Shown here: in pieces, positions 1 to 9,358 of the stretch | How positions within the stretch are numbered: position 1 is the stretch's first letter | How the letters are laid out: each line of letters starts with the position of its first letter | NCBI GenBank assembly: GCA_030679035.1 | Contig: JAUXTH010000002.1 | Location: forward strand, 56,132 to 120,131 | Direction of reading: 5' to 3' | DNA from: Methylobacter sp. | GTDB lineage: Bacteria; Pseudomonadota; Gammaproteobacteria; Methylococcales; Methylomonadaceae | DNA: 64,000 nt | Program-made: the position numbers and the translations under genes | The notes under the pieces: generated by a model | Told to the model about the DNA's origin: nothing | The model's database searches: none | The model's input: the letters and a program-made list of their open reading frames with translations, nothing else

Positions 1-308
1 CGATCCAGAAAACACTGGCTGCCAAAATCCTCCAGCAGTAAAAATCCGTCAGTCAGGTTTTGCTGGAAAATGCTCGGGACGTTGATTTGGGACTCTGCCA
101 GCAGCTTGGCAATTCTTATGAAAGGCTCAATGTTTTCTTTGGTTGGCGGGGCATCCATGACAATAAATTGTCCGCCTGGAGTCGTTACCCTAAAGTACCG
201 CCGGAAACTGGCATCGCTGGAAGCGGGTTCGCAATGGTTGATGGTGAGCAATAGATCATTCTCAAGCCAGTCGAACATGGATAGTGTTCTTAAATCTTCA
301 GGCATCAT
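1..308 (-). CDS. Aminoglycoside-phosphotransferase-family kinase, N-terminal part (AmgK-like MurNAc/GlcNAc anomeric kinase); continues past window start
   Basis: My own minus-strand translation from the ATG at 308 gives MMPEDLRTLSMFDWLENDLL..ASSDASFRRYFRVTTPGGQFIVMDAPP..GFLLLEDFG, which carries APH-type N-lobe motifs. The ORF is open to the window edge, so it is absent from the ORF track. It is divergent from lptD-surA, as in the known Pseudomonas amgK/lptD/surA synteny. Confidence 0.6.
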   Translation of the reverse strand, partial: MMPEDLRTLSMFDWLENDLLLTINHCEPASSDASFRRYFRVTTPGGQFIVMDAPPTKENIEPFIRIAKLLAESQINVPSIFQQNLTDGFLLLEDFGSQCFLD

Positions 309-379
309 GATGTTTAGGATAGATTAGTATAATGCTGTCGTAGTGGGGTAAAATAAGCGTCCGGCATTCTATTCGATTT

Positions 380-3300
380 ATGATTCATTACGCTACTAAA
401 CTTATACCCTCTATGCGCCGCCGCTTATTCCTGCTTTTTTTACCCTCCATTTATGCGCCTGTCAGTATTGCTAATGAGGCGCTTTGGAATTGTGCGCAAA
501 ACAAAGACAATAAAGAGTGGGTTTGCGTGGGTGAAAAAAAAACTGCTGATAAAGCCAGTGTGGTCAAGGCTCCTGCGAAAGTTCAGGAGGAGTCCTCTGT
601 TAAAGGCGAACAATCAGCACCGGTCGAGGCTGTTGACCAATCCGCCGGGAGCGGATTGGCACGCAAAGCGCCTGAAGGGGCACGGGCAGGGACAGCCAGT
701 GATGAAAACACTCAGCCGACTGTGTCAAAGCCTGAGCGCGCCATGGCCCAGCCTAGTCCTACTGAGAATGCGGTAATAGAATCCAGTACGACGGACAAAC
801 TCCCGGTTAGCACTAAGAAAGATAAACGGAAAGTTACCGTAGCATCTAAATCAGTCGCCCAGTCTCCGGTCGATTCCGATGCAACTAAATTACTTCAAAC
901 TGAAACCAATCGTCCTGGCTGGAGCTGCGATGCTAAGGCGGCCGATAAAAACTGGAATTGTAAATTGGTCGGGGCCGATCCAAAGGGGCAAGCGCGGATT
1001 ATGGCATCATATGAACCGGGCGCAAGTTTGCTTACCCCTGCGTTTGACTATAATGAAGAACAAACCTTTAGCAACCTTAAATCGCAACTGAAATATGATC
1101 CCTGGCAAAACTGTGCTGCGCCAAAAGGCACAAAGCCTAGTTTTGTGCCTGGAAAGGATTTGAGAGAGGAGACGCCGCTGGACATTAATTCCGATTATGC
1201 GGAAATATTAGACAATGAGATATACAGTTATAACGGTAATGTTGAAATGACCCGTGCGGATCAGCATTCAGTTTCTAAAAAAGCGACTTATGACAATGTT
1301 TCCGAAACATTGGACTTACAGGGTAGTGTCTATTACAACGAAGATGAATTGGCGTTGCATAGTGAGTCTGCCTCACTTAATTTGGCGTCCGACCAGATCA
1401 AGCTGAGGGATGCCTTGTTTATTTCTCCGGCTGCGCCGCTCAGAGGCCGGGCGAAAACGATTTACCGGGAGAATGCTTCCCTAACGCGATATAAAGCGGT
1501 TGCTTACACCAGTTGTCGTCCCGGCAATCAGGATTGGGTTGTACACGCGACCGAGTTGAAGATGAATAAAACTACCGGTCAAGGCGCCGCTAAAAATGCC
1601 TGGTTAGAGTTTAAAGGTAACCCTGTCTTTTATACGCCGTATCTTTCTTTTCCGATAGATAACAGAAGACTTACCGGTTTTCTTGCTCCTTCATTTGGAC
1701 ATACGCAACGGGGCGGATTTAGTTTAGCAGTACCTTTTTATTGGAATATAGCCCCCAATTATGATGCAACAATACGACCACGGTATCTTGCAAATAGAGG
1801 GGCCATACTGGGGGGCGGATTCCGTTATTTGACTGAGATGTCAAAAGGAACAAATAATTTTGAATTTATGCCTAACGACAGTCTGCTTAATAAGCCCCGT
1901 TATATGGCAGCGCTTAAGAATGACACCCAATTTACGACCCATATAAGATCAAACTTTGATTTGAATTATGCGTCGGATAAAGACTATTTCTCTGATTTGG
2001 GCAATGCGCTTAGCACATCTACATACAGCAGTTACCTTATAAGCCAAGCTAATCTGGGCTATTTAAATAAAGGAGTTTCTTTAAGAGGTCATGTCGATAG
2101 TTATCAATCGATTAATAAAGCAGTAACCAGTGCGGGATTGCCGTATCGGAGATTGCCGCAAGTTAATTTGAATTTGAAGCACTCATTCGATTTTATGCCT
2201 TTGGATACATCGATGGATGCTGAATATGTGTATTTTCAGCACAGCACTCTGACAAACGCACAGAGAACCAATGCTAAACCGTCAGTTAGTTTTCCAATGA
2301 AATCGCCCGGTGCTTTTTTAATACCTAAAGCCTCTTTGCAACATACCGACTATGTGATAACCAGCCAAGGTGCTGGATTAGATCCTGCATGTTTATTTAA
2401 TACAACCATCCAGTGCTTAAATAACAGTAGTGGAGGAGTACGAGCATATAACAATATTTCCCGTACTTTGCCTATTTTTTCTGCTGATAGTGGTTTGTAT
2501 ATGGAAAAAAATCTGGACTTTTCTAATAGAGCTTATTTGCACACCCTTGAGCCGAGATTGTTTTATTTGTATATTCCCAATACAAATCAACAGGATATTC
2601 CTATATTCGATACTGCTTTGAATGATTTTTCATTTAATAGTATGTTTTTGGAAAACCGCTTTAGTGGTATAGATAGAGTACAGGATGCTAATCAGGTTAC
2701 GGCGGCTTTAACAACGCGCCTGATTGATGCCAAGTCGGGCAAGGAAAAGCTAAAACTCAGCGTAGGTGAAATTGCTTATTTTCGAGCTAGAGAGGTTACT
2801 TTGCCGGGTTATCCCGTAGAAACCGATAAACTGTCAAATTTGGTGACTGAACTCAATGCCGAATTGACGGACCATATATCCCTGACTTCAGGGGTGCAAT
2901 ATAATCCTTATTTGAATAATGTTCCCAGACACAGCGCCGCGCTGCATTATCTTAATAAGCCTGATGCTAATAAGCCTGGTGAGATTTTTAATCTTGGCTA
3001 TCGATATAGAAAAAATATAATTATTCCAACTGCGCCGGGAACGAGACCTTATGACATTTTTCAAACTGATGTTTCCATTCACTGGCCGGTTTATAAAGAG
3101 TGGTCTGCGGTTGGGCGTTGGACCTATTCCATACTGAATAAAGCGACTCAGGAAAGTTTTATTGGCGTGGAAAAAGAAAATTGTTGCTGGACTTTTCGCT
3201 TTATTGGGCGGCGCTGGATTAATGGTATCAGCCTTACTGCAAACAACCCAAACCTTCCGAGCAACCCTTTTGTTGTCGATGCTACGGGTGTTCCCCAGAC

Positions 3301-3406
3301 GGGCGTATTTTTTGAGATAGAACTTAAAGGACTGACCGGTGTCGGGGAAAAGCTGGATCAGTTCTTTGATCAGCAAATTTATGGTTATCGGAAAGCGAAA
3401 CAATGA
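380..3406 (+). CDS. lptD: LPS-assembly outer membrane protein LptD, with a long N-terminal extension
   Basis: 1008-aa ORF with an LptD/OstA N-domain and beta-barrel-like sequence (DYAEILDNEIYSYNGNVEMTRADQ, FYWNIAPNYDATIRPRY, C-terminal CC pair EKENCCWTF). It shows 4-nt ATGA coupling to surA. The start is more likely the ATG at 413 (MRRRLFLLFLPSIYAPVSIA signal peptide). Confidence 0.9.
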   Translation: MIHYATKLIPSMRRRLFLLFLPSIYAPVSIANEALWNCAQNKDNKEWVCVGEKKTADKASVVKAPAKVQEESSVKGEQSAPVEAVDQSAGSGLARKAPEGARAGTASDENTQPTVSKPERAMAQPSPTENAVIESSTTDKLPVSTKKDKRKVTVASKSVAQSPVDSDATKLLQTETNRPGWSCDAKAADKNWNCKLVGADPKGQARIMASYEPGASLLTPAFDYNEEQTFSNLKSQLKYDPWQNCAAPKGTKPSFVPGKDLREETPLDINSDYAEILDNEIYSYNGNVEMTRADQHSVSKKATYDNVSETLDLQGSVYYNEDELALHSESASLNLASDQIKLRDALFISPAAPLRGRAKTIYRENASLTRYKAVAYTSCRPGNQDWVVHATELKMNKTTGQGAAKNAWLEFKGNPVFYTPYLSFPIDNRRLTGFLAPSFGHTQRGGFSLAVPFYWNIAPNYDATIRPRYLANRGAILGGGFRYLTEMSKGTNNFEFMPNDSLLNKPRYMAALKNDTQFTTHIRSNFDLNYASDKDYFSDLGNALSTSTYSSYLISQANLGYLNKGVSLRGHVDSYQSINKAVTSAGLPYRRLPQVNLNLKHSFDFMPLDTSMDAEYVYFQHSTLTNAQRTNAKPSVSFPMKSPGAFLIPKASLQHTDYVITSQGAGLDPACLFNTTIQCLNNSSGGVRAYNNISRTLPIFSADSGLYMEKNLDFSNRAYLHTLEPRLFYLYIPNTNQQDIPIFDTALNDFSFNSMFLENRFSGIDRVQDANQVTAALTTRLIDAKSGKEKLKLSVGEIAYFRAREVTLPGYPVETDKLSNLVTELNAELTDHISLTSGVQYNPYLNNVPRHSAALHYLNKPDANKPGEIFNLGYRYRKNIIIPTAPGTRPYDIFQTDVSIHWPVYKEWSAVGRWTYSILNKATQESFIGVEKENCCWTFRFIGRRWINGISLTANNPNLPSNPFVVDATGVPQTGVFFEIELKGLTGVGEKLDQFFDQQIYGYRKAKQ

Positions 3407-4707
3407 TCAAACGAGAAAACTCTAAAAGAGCCATCTTAGTCGCACTGCTGTGTAATTTACTGTTCGGCAGCTTTTTAGTACACGCTGAAATTCTTGATAC
3501 CATTATTGCAGTGGTTGAAGATGACGTTATTCTTGAGCGGGAATTGCAAAAAGAAGTGGCTGTCATCGAGCAAAGAATCCAGCAAGGTGGCGCCTCGCTT
3601 CCGCCAGCTTATGTGTTGCGCAAGCAAGTGCTGGAAAAAATGATTGTTGACAAGCTCCAACGGCAGTTAGCGGAGAAGGCCGGGATTACTGTCAGCGAAG
3701 AGCAGCTTAACAGTTCGGCCGCTGATATAGCCCGAAGAAATAATATGGATGTGGAACAATTCAGGGCAGAGCTGGAAGGACAGGGCATGAGCTATCAAAG
3801 CTTTTTGGACAATATGCGCAATGAAATCATTATTAATCAATTGCGTGGCAGAGAGATTGGCGGACGCATTAAGGTGACCGATCGGGAAGTTGAGCACTAC
3901 ATGGAAACCCAGGATAAAATTGGCGAAGAATCCACGCAGTATCATCTGGGACATATTTTGATTGCTGTTAAAGAAGGCGCGTCATCGACAGAGATTCAAA
4001 AAGCGATGAGTAAAGCCGATGATCTGGCCAGGAAGCTTCAGGCAGGACAAGATTTTAGCCAAATAGCAATAAGCGAGTCAGATGATGCCAATGCCCTAAA
4101 GGGTGGTGATTTGGGTTGGCGTACCTTAAGTGAAATACCAAGCTTGTTTGTTAATGAAATCCGTCAAATGAAACAGGGCGATGTGTCCGAGCCTATACGC
4201 AGCCCGAGCGGTTTCCATATCATTAAAATGTTGGAGCTGAAAGGCATGGATAATCACATGATTATCAAAACCAAAGTTAGGCATATTTTAGTCAAAACCA
4301 ATGAGTTGGTTGATGATGCCGAAGCAAAAAAACGCTTGTTGGCATTAAAAGCCCGTATAGCGGATGGTGACGATTTTGCGGCATTGGCGCGGGCGCATTC
4401 CGATGATAAAGGTTCGGCATTAAAAGGCGGTTCACTCGACTGGGTAGGGCCGGGCGATTTGGTTAAACCGTTTGAAGAAGCCATGGCAAAACTTGGCGTT
4501 AACGAAGTTAGCGAACCTGTACAAACCCAGTTTGGCTGGCACATCATTCAAGTATTGGGTCGGGAAAATAAGGATGACAGTAGCGAGTTTAAGAAAAATC
4601 TGGTGCGGGATGCCATTCGTAAGCGGAAAATTGAAGAAGAAACAGAGCTCTGGGTACGCAGATTACGCGACGAGGCTTTTGTGGAAATTTATCAAGACAG
4701 GCTTTGA
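3403..4707 (+). CDS. surA: Periplasmic chaperone / peptidyl-prolyl isomerase SurA
   Basis: Signal peptide, SurA N-domain and two parvulin domains (GGDLGW..FHIIK; GGSLDW..GWHIIQV). Conserved lptD-surA order. Confidence 0.9.
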   Translation: MIKRENSKRAILVALLCNLLFGSFLVHAEILDTIIAVVEDDVILERELQKEVAVIEQRIQQGGASLPPAYVLRKQVLEKMIVDKLQRQLAEKAGITVSEEQLNSSAADIARRNNMDVEQFRAELEGQGMSYQSFLDNMRNEIIINQLRGREIGGRIKVTDREVEHYMETQDKIGEESTQYHLGHILIAVKEGASSTEIQKAMSKADDLARKLQAGQDFSQIAISESDDANALKGGDLGWRTLSEIPSLFVNEIRQMKQGDVSEPIRSPSGFHIIKMLELKGMDNHMIIKTKVRHILVKTNELVDDAEAKKRLLALKARIADGDDFAALARAHSDDKGSALKGGSLDWVGPGDLVKPFEEAMAKLGVNEVSEPVQTQFGWHIIQVLGRENKDDSSEFKKNLVRDAIRKRKIEEETELWVRRLRDEAFVEIYQDRL

Positions 4708-4765
4708 GTCAGTGTCGCCTGTGCCGAGCACGGGCGAGGTGTGCGGCTAACTCTTCAAGATCGGA

Positions 4766-5155
4766 ATGAACAGCAATAATAAATCAGGCCGCATCGCCGT
4801 AAAGCCGGCGGCAGTCCAACCGGGCATTAAAATGGTTCGCTATCGCCTAGATGTAGGTTGTAAACATCAGGTTGCCGCAGAAGAACTTAAAAAAATATTG
4901 ATTGAAGAGTCAGGGGTCGACAAAAACAATATTAATATTATTAATATTCAAGGTGATTACACGCTTGTTGAGTTGCCTGATGAAATGCCTCAGGATATAT
5001 TCCTGCATTTAAAATCGGTGGAAATCAAGCAACATAAGCTGGATATAAAACGGCTAAAAACCCGCAATAAAAAGCGTGGTAGCAACCGTAGCCGACGGGG
5101 AAAGCAACAACGTGCTACCCAGTCTGACAATGAAAATCCTGATCAAACCCTTTGA
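4766..5155 (+). CDS. Small DbpA-like RNA-binding-domain protein with a basic C-terminal tail
   Basis: 129 aa. The core VRYRLDVGCKHQVAAEELKKILIEESGVDKNNINIINIQGDYTLVELPDEM resembles the C-terminal RNA-binding domain of DbpA-type DEAD-box helicases. The tail is rich in K/R. Confidence 0.45.
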   Translation: MNSNNKSGRIAVKPAAVQPGIKMVRYRLDVGCKHQVAAEELKKILIEESGVDKNNINIINIQGDYTLVELPDEMPQDIFLHLKSVEIKQHKLDIKRLKTRNKKRGSNRSRRGKQQRATQSDNENPDQTL

Positions 5156-5163
5156 GATAAGAA

Positions 5164-5796
5164 CTAAACGCCGACGTAGGGATTGCTGCGCATTTCCTCT
5201 CCAAAAGTGGACATCGGGCCGTGACCGGGAATAAACATAAATTGTTCGCCCAACGGCCATAGATTATTTTTGATGGAATTAATCAAGGTATTGAAATCGC
5301 CTTTTGGCAAATCGGTTCGACCAATTGAACCTTTGAACAATACATCGCCGACTATGGCTAGTTGCGTGTTGCGGTGAACAAAAACAACATGTCCCGGTGT
5401 ATGTCCAGGGCAGTGAAAAACATCCAGCTCCACTTCGCCAATTTTAATAATATCACCCTGACTTAACCAGCGTGACGGGGTAAATGAGTCGCAGGCTGGA
5501 AAATGAAAAGTCTGGCATTGTAGAGGAATCGCGTCAATCCAGAATTGGTCGTCTCGATGAGGTCCTATAACCGGAATGGAAAGCAGGGCCGCCAGTTCAG
5601 CCGTCGCACCAATATGATCAAGATGACCGTGGGTGATCAAGATGGATTCGGGCGACACCTTTTCCTTGTCGATGGCTTTTAGAATCATGTCAATGTCGCC
5701 GCCGGGATCAACGATTGCTGCTTTATGGGTTTGTTCGCAAATCAGCAACGAACAGTTCTGCTGATAAGCGGTAACGGGAATAATACAAAATCGCAT
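5164..5796 (-). CDS. MBL-fold metallo-hydrolase (YcbL / glyoxalase-II-like)
   Basis: HGHLDHIG and HCPGHTPGH metal-binding motifs. The track ORF extends to 5820, but the ATG at 5796 (MRFCIIPV) fits the family N-terminus. Confidence 0.8.
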   Translation of the reverse strand: MRFCIIPVTAYQQNCSLLICEQTHKAAIVDPGGDIDMILKAIDKEKVSPESILITHGHLDHIGATAELAALLSIPVIGPHRDDQFWIDAIPLQCQTFHFPACDSFTPSRWLSQGDIIKIGEVELDVFHCPGHTPGHVVFVHRNTQLAIVGDVLFKGSIGRTDLPKGDFNTLINSIKNNLWPLGEQFMFIPGHGPMSTFGEEMRSNPYVGV

Positions 5797-5902
5797 GTGC
5801 AAGTGAAGGCAAAAAAACAAATTCTATCATTAAAATAGAAAACCACCTTAACCGTAAAATGTGTGAATTTTACGGTGTGTTAACGACAGATCATTCAACA
5901 CT

Positions 5903-7078
5903 ATGACAAATATCCAATATATAAATACCCCTGATCAATTGGCTAATCTGTGTGAACAGATAAAAAAAGAAACCTGGTTGGCTCTTGATACTGAATTCTT
6001 GCGGGAAAAAACCTATTATCCTAAGTTTTGCCTGCTGCAAATAGCAACGCCGGAATGGGTGGCTTGTGTTGATCCGATTGCATTGCCTTCGCTGGACATT
6101 CTTTTTGAAGTTCTATACAACCCATCCATCGTCAAGGTGTTTCATTCCTGTAGGCAGGATTTGGAAATTTTTTATCAATTAACCGGAAAAATACCTGAGC
6201 CGCTTTTTGATACCCAAATCGCGGCCCCATTGCTGGGTTTTCAGGAAAATCCTGGTTATGCGATGCTGGTTTCCAGCCTGTTAAATGTTAATTTAAACAA
6301 GGCTCATACCCGTGCGGATTGGAGCAAACGGCCGTTGATAGCCGCAGAAATTCAATATGCTGCGGATGATGTAATTTATTTGTGCAAGATTTATCAAATG
6401 ATGTTGCAGAAATTAGCCGAATTGGGACGGATCGATTGGTTGGAGCGTGACTTTGCCGAGCTGACAAATCCTGATCTTTATGAGGTAAAGCCTGAAAAAG
6501 CCTGGTTAAAAATTAAAGGGAAAAATAAGCTGACCGGCAGGCAATTAGCCATTGTTCAAACTTTGTCCGAATGGCGGGAAAAAACCGCGCAGGCTGAAGA
6601 TCGCCCCAAGAGCTGGCTGTTGCGTGATGAAATGCTATTCGATTTGGCCAAACTGCAACCGGAAACAGTGAGCGAATTAGCCAATGTGCGAGGCATTAAT
6701 GAGCGAGCAGTTAATCGTTACGGCGCAGAACTGTGCCAATTGATTGCGGCTGCCAAGGACCGTGCACCGATACCATTGAATGAAAAAGGCCGACCCACTA
6801 AAAAAACCCAACAACAGGAAGCGATACTGGATATTTTAACGGCACTGGTCAGAATTCGCGCCGAAGATAACTCGCTAAATCCAGTTATTCTTGCGACACG
6901 TAAGGACTTGGAAGTGTTGATGTTTAATGACGATGAGGAGTGCCCATTGTTGCACGGCTGGCGTTTTAAAATGGCCGGCAGGGAATTGGTAGGCCTGTTA
7001 AAAGGGGAGTTGTTACTCGGAATTGAGTCCGACAGGTTGGCCATTATTGAAAATAAATTTCTGGCTCAGGCTTGCTGA
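5903..7078 (+). CDS. rnd: Ribonuclease D
   Basis: DEDD 3'-5' exonuclease motifs (LALDTEF, YAADDVIYL) followed by an HRDC-like region. 391 aa, typical length. Confidence 0.9.
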   Translation: MTNIQYINTPDQLANLCEQIKKETWLALDTEFLREKTYYPKFCLLQIATPEWVACVDPIALPSLDILFEVLYNPSIVKVFHSCRQDLEIFYQLTGKIPEPLFDTQIAAPLLGFQENPGYAMLVSSLLNVNLNKAHTRADWSKRPLIAAEIQYAADDVIYLCKIYQMMLQKLAELGRIDWLERDFAELTNPDLYEVKPEKAWLKIKGKNKLTGRQLAIVQTLSEWREKTAQAEDRPKSWLLRDEMLFDLAKLQPETVSELANVRGINERAVNRYGAELCQLIAAAKDRAPIPLNEKGRPTKKTQQQEAILDILTALVRIRAEDNSLNPVILATRKDLEVLMFNDDEECPLLHGWRFKMAGRELVGLLKGELLLGIESDRLAIIENKFLAQAC

Positions 7079-7338
7079 TTTAGCGTTTTTAATTCAAGTA
7101 TCGCGCGCAATAATCTGAAAATATATTTTCACAAATTGCTTTGTACTACTCATCTTCATATTTCGCATGCCGAGTGACGCGGTAGATGATTGACAATATG
7201 TATACGTTAAGTTAGTGTTGGCTTAAGGGAATTTTAAGTTAAGTCATCCCTTAGCTAGACTCCTTGGGTTAAATTTATAACCGAATTGATTAAGGTTATA
7301 AAAGACCTGGCTGATTAAACATTGAATGAGGAACAAAA

Positions 7339-7749
7339 ATGAATAAGAAAAACCTCTTTACTGCCTGTGTACTTTGCAGTGCGCTATTGTCAACAGGGTC
7401 TGCTTATGCAGAGCATGAGCAGAGTTATATATCCGGTGTTGGCTCTAAATTAGGCCAGGGATTTGCAAACATAACAACTGGTTTTGTTGAGATACCGAAA
7501 AACATGGTCAATATCAGTCATGATCAAAATGTTTTTGTTGGATTAACCTGGGGTCTGTTACGTGGGGTTTTGCAAACTGTCAGCAGAACCACTGTGGGTG
7601 CGGCAGAATTAATTACTTCCCCTATTCCTACCAAAGATTTCATCACTCCACCTTATATATGGGATCGTTTTAGTGAAGATAGCCGTTATTTTGGCCTTCA
7701 TATGCCAGGATTTTGGACTACCTACGGACCGTTAGATGACGGCGAATAA
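7339..7749 (+). CDS. Exosortase-system-associated small secreted protein (TIGR04073-like)
   Basis: Signal peptide plus the GFANITTGFVEIPKNM and GLLRGV..TVGA.ELITSP motifs I associate with TIGR04073. Confidence 0.55.
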   Translation: MNKKNLFTACVLCSALLSTGSAYAEHEQSYISGVGSKLGQGFANITTGFVEIPKNMVNISHDQNVFVGLTWGLLRGVLQTVSRTTVGAAELITSPIPTKDFITPPYIWDRFSEDSRYFGLHMPGFWTTYGPLDDGE

Positions 7750-7828
7750 GCCCCATTGACCCATTAATAATCGTTGTATTCATTCGCCATAAAATAGCGT
7801 TTGGTTAGGATTGAAAAAGGATAAACTT

Positions 7829-8530
7829 ATGAACAAACAATTTATTCGCGTGCCATTTGCCGTATTAGTTGCTGCCCTTGCGGCCTGCACAACGCCACAA
7901 AAAGATATTCCGGGTTTAAGTGCGGGAATTGACGCTGCAAATGCAGGTCATTATCGCCAAGCCATTATGCATGAGGAGTTAGCCGAGGAAAAGTTGAATG
8001 AAGCTGATAAAGCTTTAGCGAATTGGAAAAAGGATCATTACTGGAATATTAACGATCAGCAAAAAGCTAAGGATGCCGCACAGGCAGCTGCCGAGCATCG
8101 GCTTGCATCGGAAAAAGAAATGTGCCAGTGGTTGACACAGGTTCACAGTCAAAACCACCTTCAGGATGCGTCTTTGTCAACTCAACATAGCGCGGTATTT
8201 TTCGCGGATGGCAGTGCGACGCCTTACAAAACTGACGAACATGAAATTGCTATCATAGGCACATTTTTGGAAGCGCATCCAGAGGCTAGCGTTGATGTAA
8301 CTGCTTATACCGATACAGTTGGCAATGCGGCAAGCAATCAAAATTTAGCGGATAAAAGAGCTTCTTTTGTCAGCAAAATATTGATCAAGCATGGAGCCAA
8401 GTCGGAACAATTGCATATCAAAACTGTGGGTGAAGCTCATGGACCGGATAACACTCGTGATCAGAACCATCGGGTAGTATCAATGGTTACCGTTCATCCT
8501 GCTTATGCCGATTGCGCTGATTTGAAATAA
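7829..8530 (+). CDS. OmpA-family lipoprotein
   Basis: Lipobox LAAC. C-terminal OmpA-like peptidoglycan-binding domain (VTAYTDTVGNAASNQNLADKRASFV). ATG at 7829 preceded by AAGGA; the track ORF starts at the TTG at 7811. Confidence 0.75.
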   Translation: MNKQFIRVPFAVLVAALAACTTPQKDIPGLSAGIDAANAGHYRQAIMHEELAEEKLNEADKALANWKKDHYWNINDQQKAKDAAQAAAEHRLASEKEMCQWLTQVHSQNHLQDASLSTQHSAVFFADGSATPYKTDEHEIAIIGTFLEAHPEASVDVTAYTDTVGNAASNQNLADKRASFVSKILIKHGAKSEQLHIKTVGEAHGPDNTRDQNHRVVSMVTVHPAYADCADLK

Positions 8531-8544
8531 CCCTCATCAAAAAA

Positions 8545-8583
8545 GGCTCCCTGTAGTCATTATCAGACTACAGGGAGCCTTTT
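8545..8583 (+). terminator. Rho-independent terminator after the OmpA-family gene
   Basis: Perfect 14-bp stem GGCTCCCTGTAGTC / GACTACAGGGAGCC with a 7-nt loop, followed by TTTT and preceded by AAAA (could work bidirectionally). Confidence 0.75.
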
Positions 8584-8784
8584 ACATTAAATACCCCCCG
8601 TTTAATTGAATAATCTCACCAGCTGTAACCGTCAGTAACAGCAAAAATCACAACGCGGTAATAAAAAGATTTGTCGGACTTGTTTCCTTATATTGTATTT
8701 AAACGCGCTAAGCTGATGCTTGCAGCGTCTGGTTGTCATATAATGCGCGTTTTAGTTTTTTATGTTCCCAAAGGGTAAGTTAAT

Positions 8785-9348
8785 ATGAAGAAAATTACTT
8801 TATTTGTTTCAGTTTTACTGTTCTTTTTTACCGCAATAGCCAGCGCACATGGCCCTGTGCGTCAAAAAGCCGAAGAGAAAATTACCATCGACGCACCTGC
8901 TGCAAAGGTTTGGGCGATTATTAAGAATTATGGTGATATGTCTTGGCATCCGGATATTTTTAATACAACAGTTAAAGGCGATAACACCAAAGGTGCAATT
9001 CGCGTTTTGACCTTAAAAGACGGCGGCACGATTACCGAAGAATTAAAAAAGCATGACGATGCAAAAATGTCTTATGCCTATAAAATCACTGACATGAGTT
9101 CTTCTAAAACCATTACTCATGCTGGTGCGGAAGAAAAAGTTCCAGCATTACCCGTCAATGATTACGCGGCAAGCATTGAATTGGCCGATAAAGGCGGTAA
9201 GACAGAAGTTATCTGGAAAGCCGGTTATTACCGCGCCTACATGAACAACAATCCACCTGAAGAAATGAACGAAGAAGCGGCTAACACCGCAGTGAAAGCC
9301 GTTTTGGAAACAGGCTTGATTAACCTGAAAAAGTTGGCTGAAAAGTAA
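8785..9348 (+). CDS. SRPBCC-superfamily secreted protein
   Basis: Signal peptide. START/Bet v1-like pattern (VWAIIKNYGDMSWHPDI..). Confidence 0.6.
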   Translation: MKKITLFVSVLLFFFTAIASAHGPVRQKAEEKITIDAPAAKVWAIIKNYGDMSWHPDIFNTTVKGDNTKGAIRVLTLKDGGTITEELKKHDDAKMSYAYKITDMSSSKTITHAGAEEKVPALPVNDYAASIELADKGGKTEVIWKAGYYRAYMNNNPPEEMNEEAANTAVKAVLETGLINLKKLAEK

Positions 9349-9358
9349 GGTTTAACGA

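Noticed and set aside
60-327. Track ORFs 60..254 and 70..327 (+).
   Set aside because: They lie opposite the better-supported minus-strand AmgK-like kinase N-terminus, which runs off the window edge.
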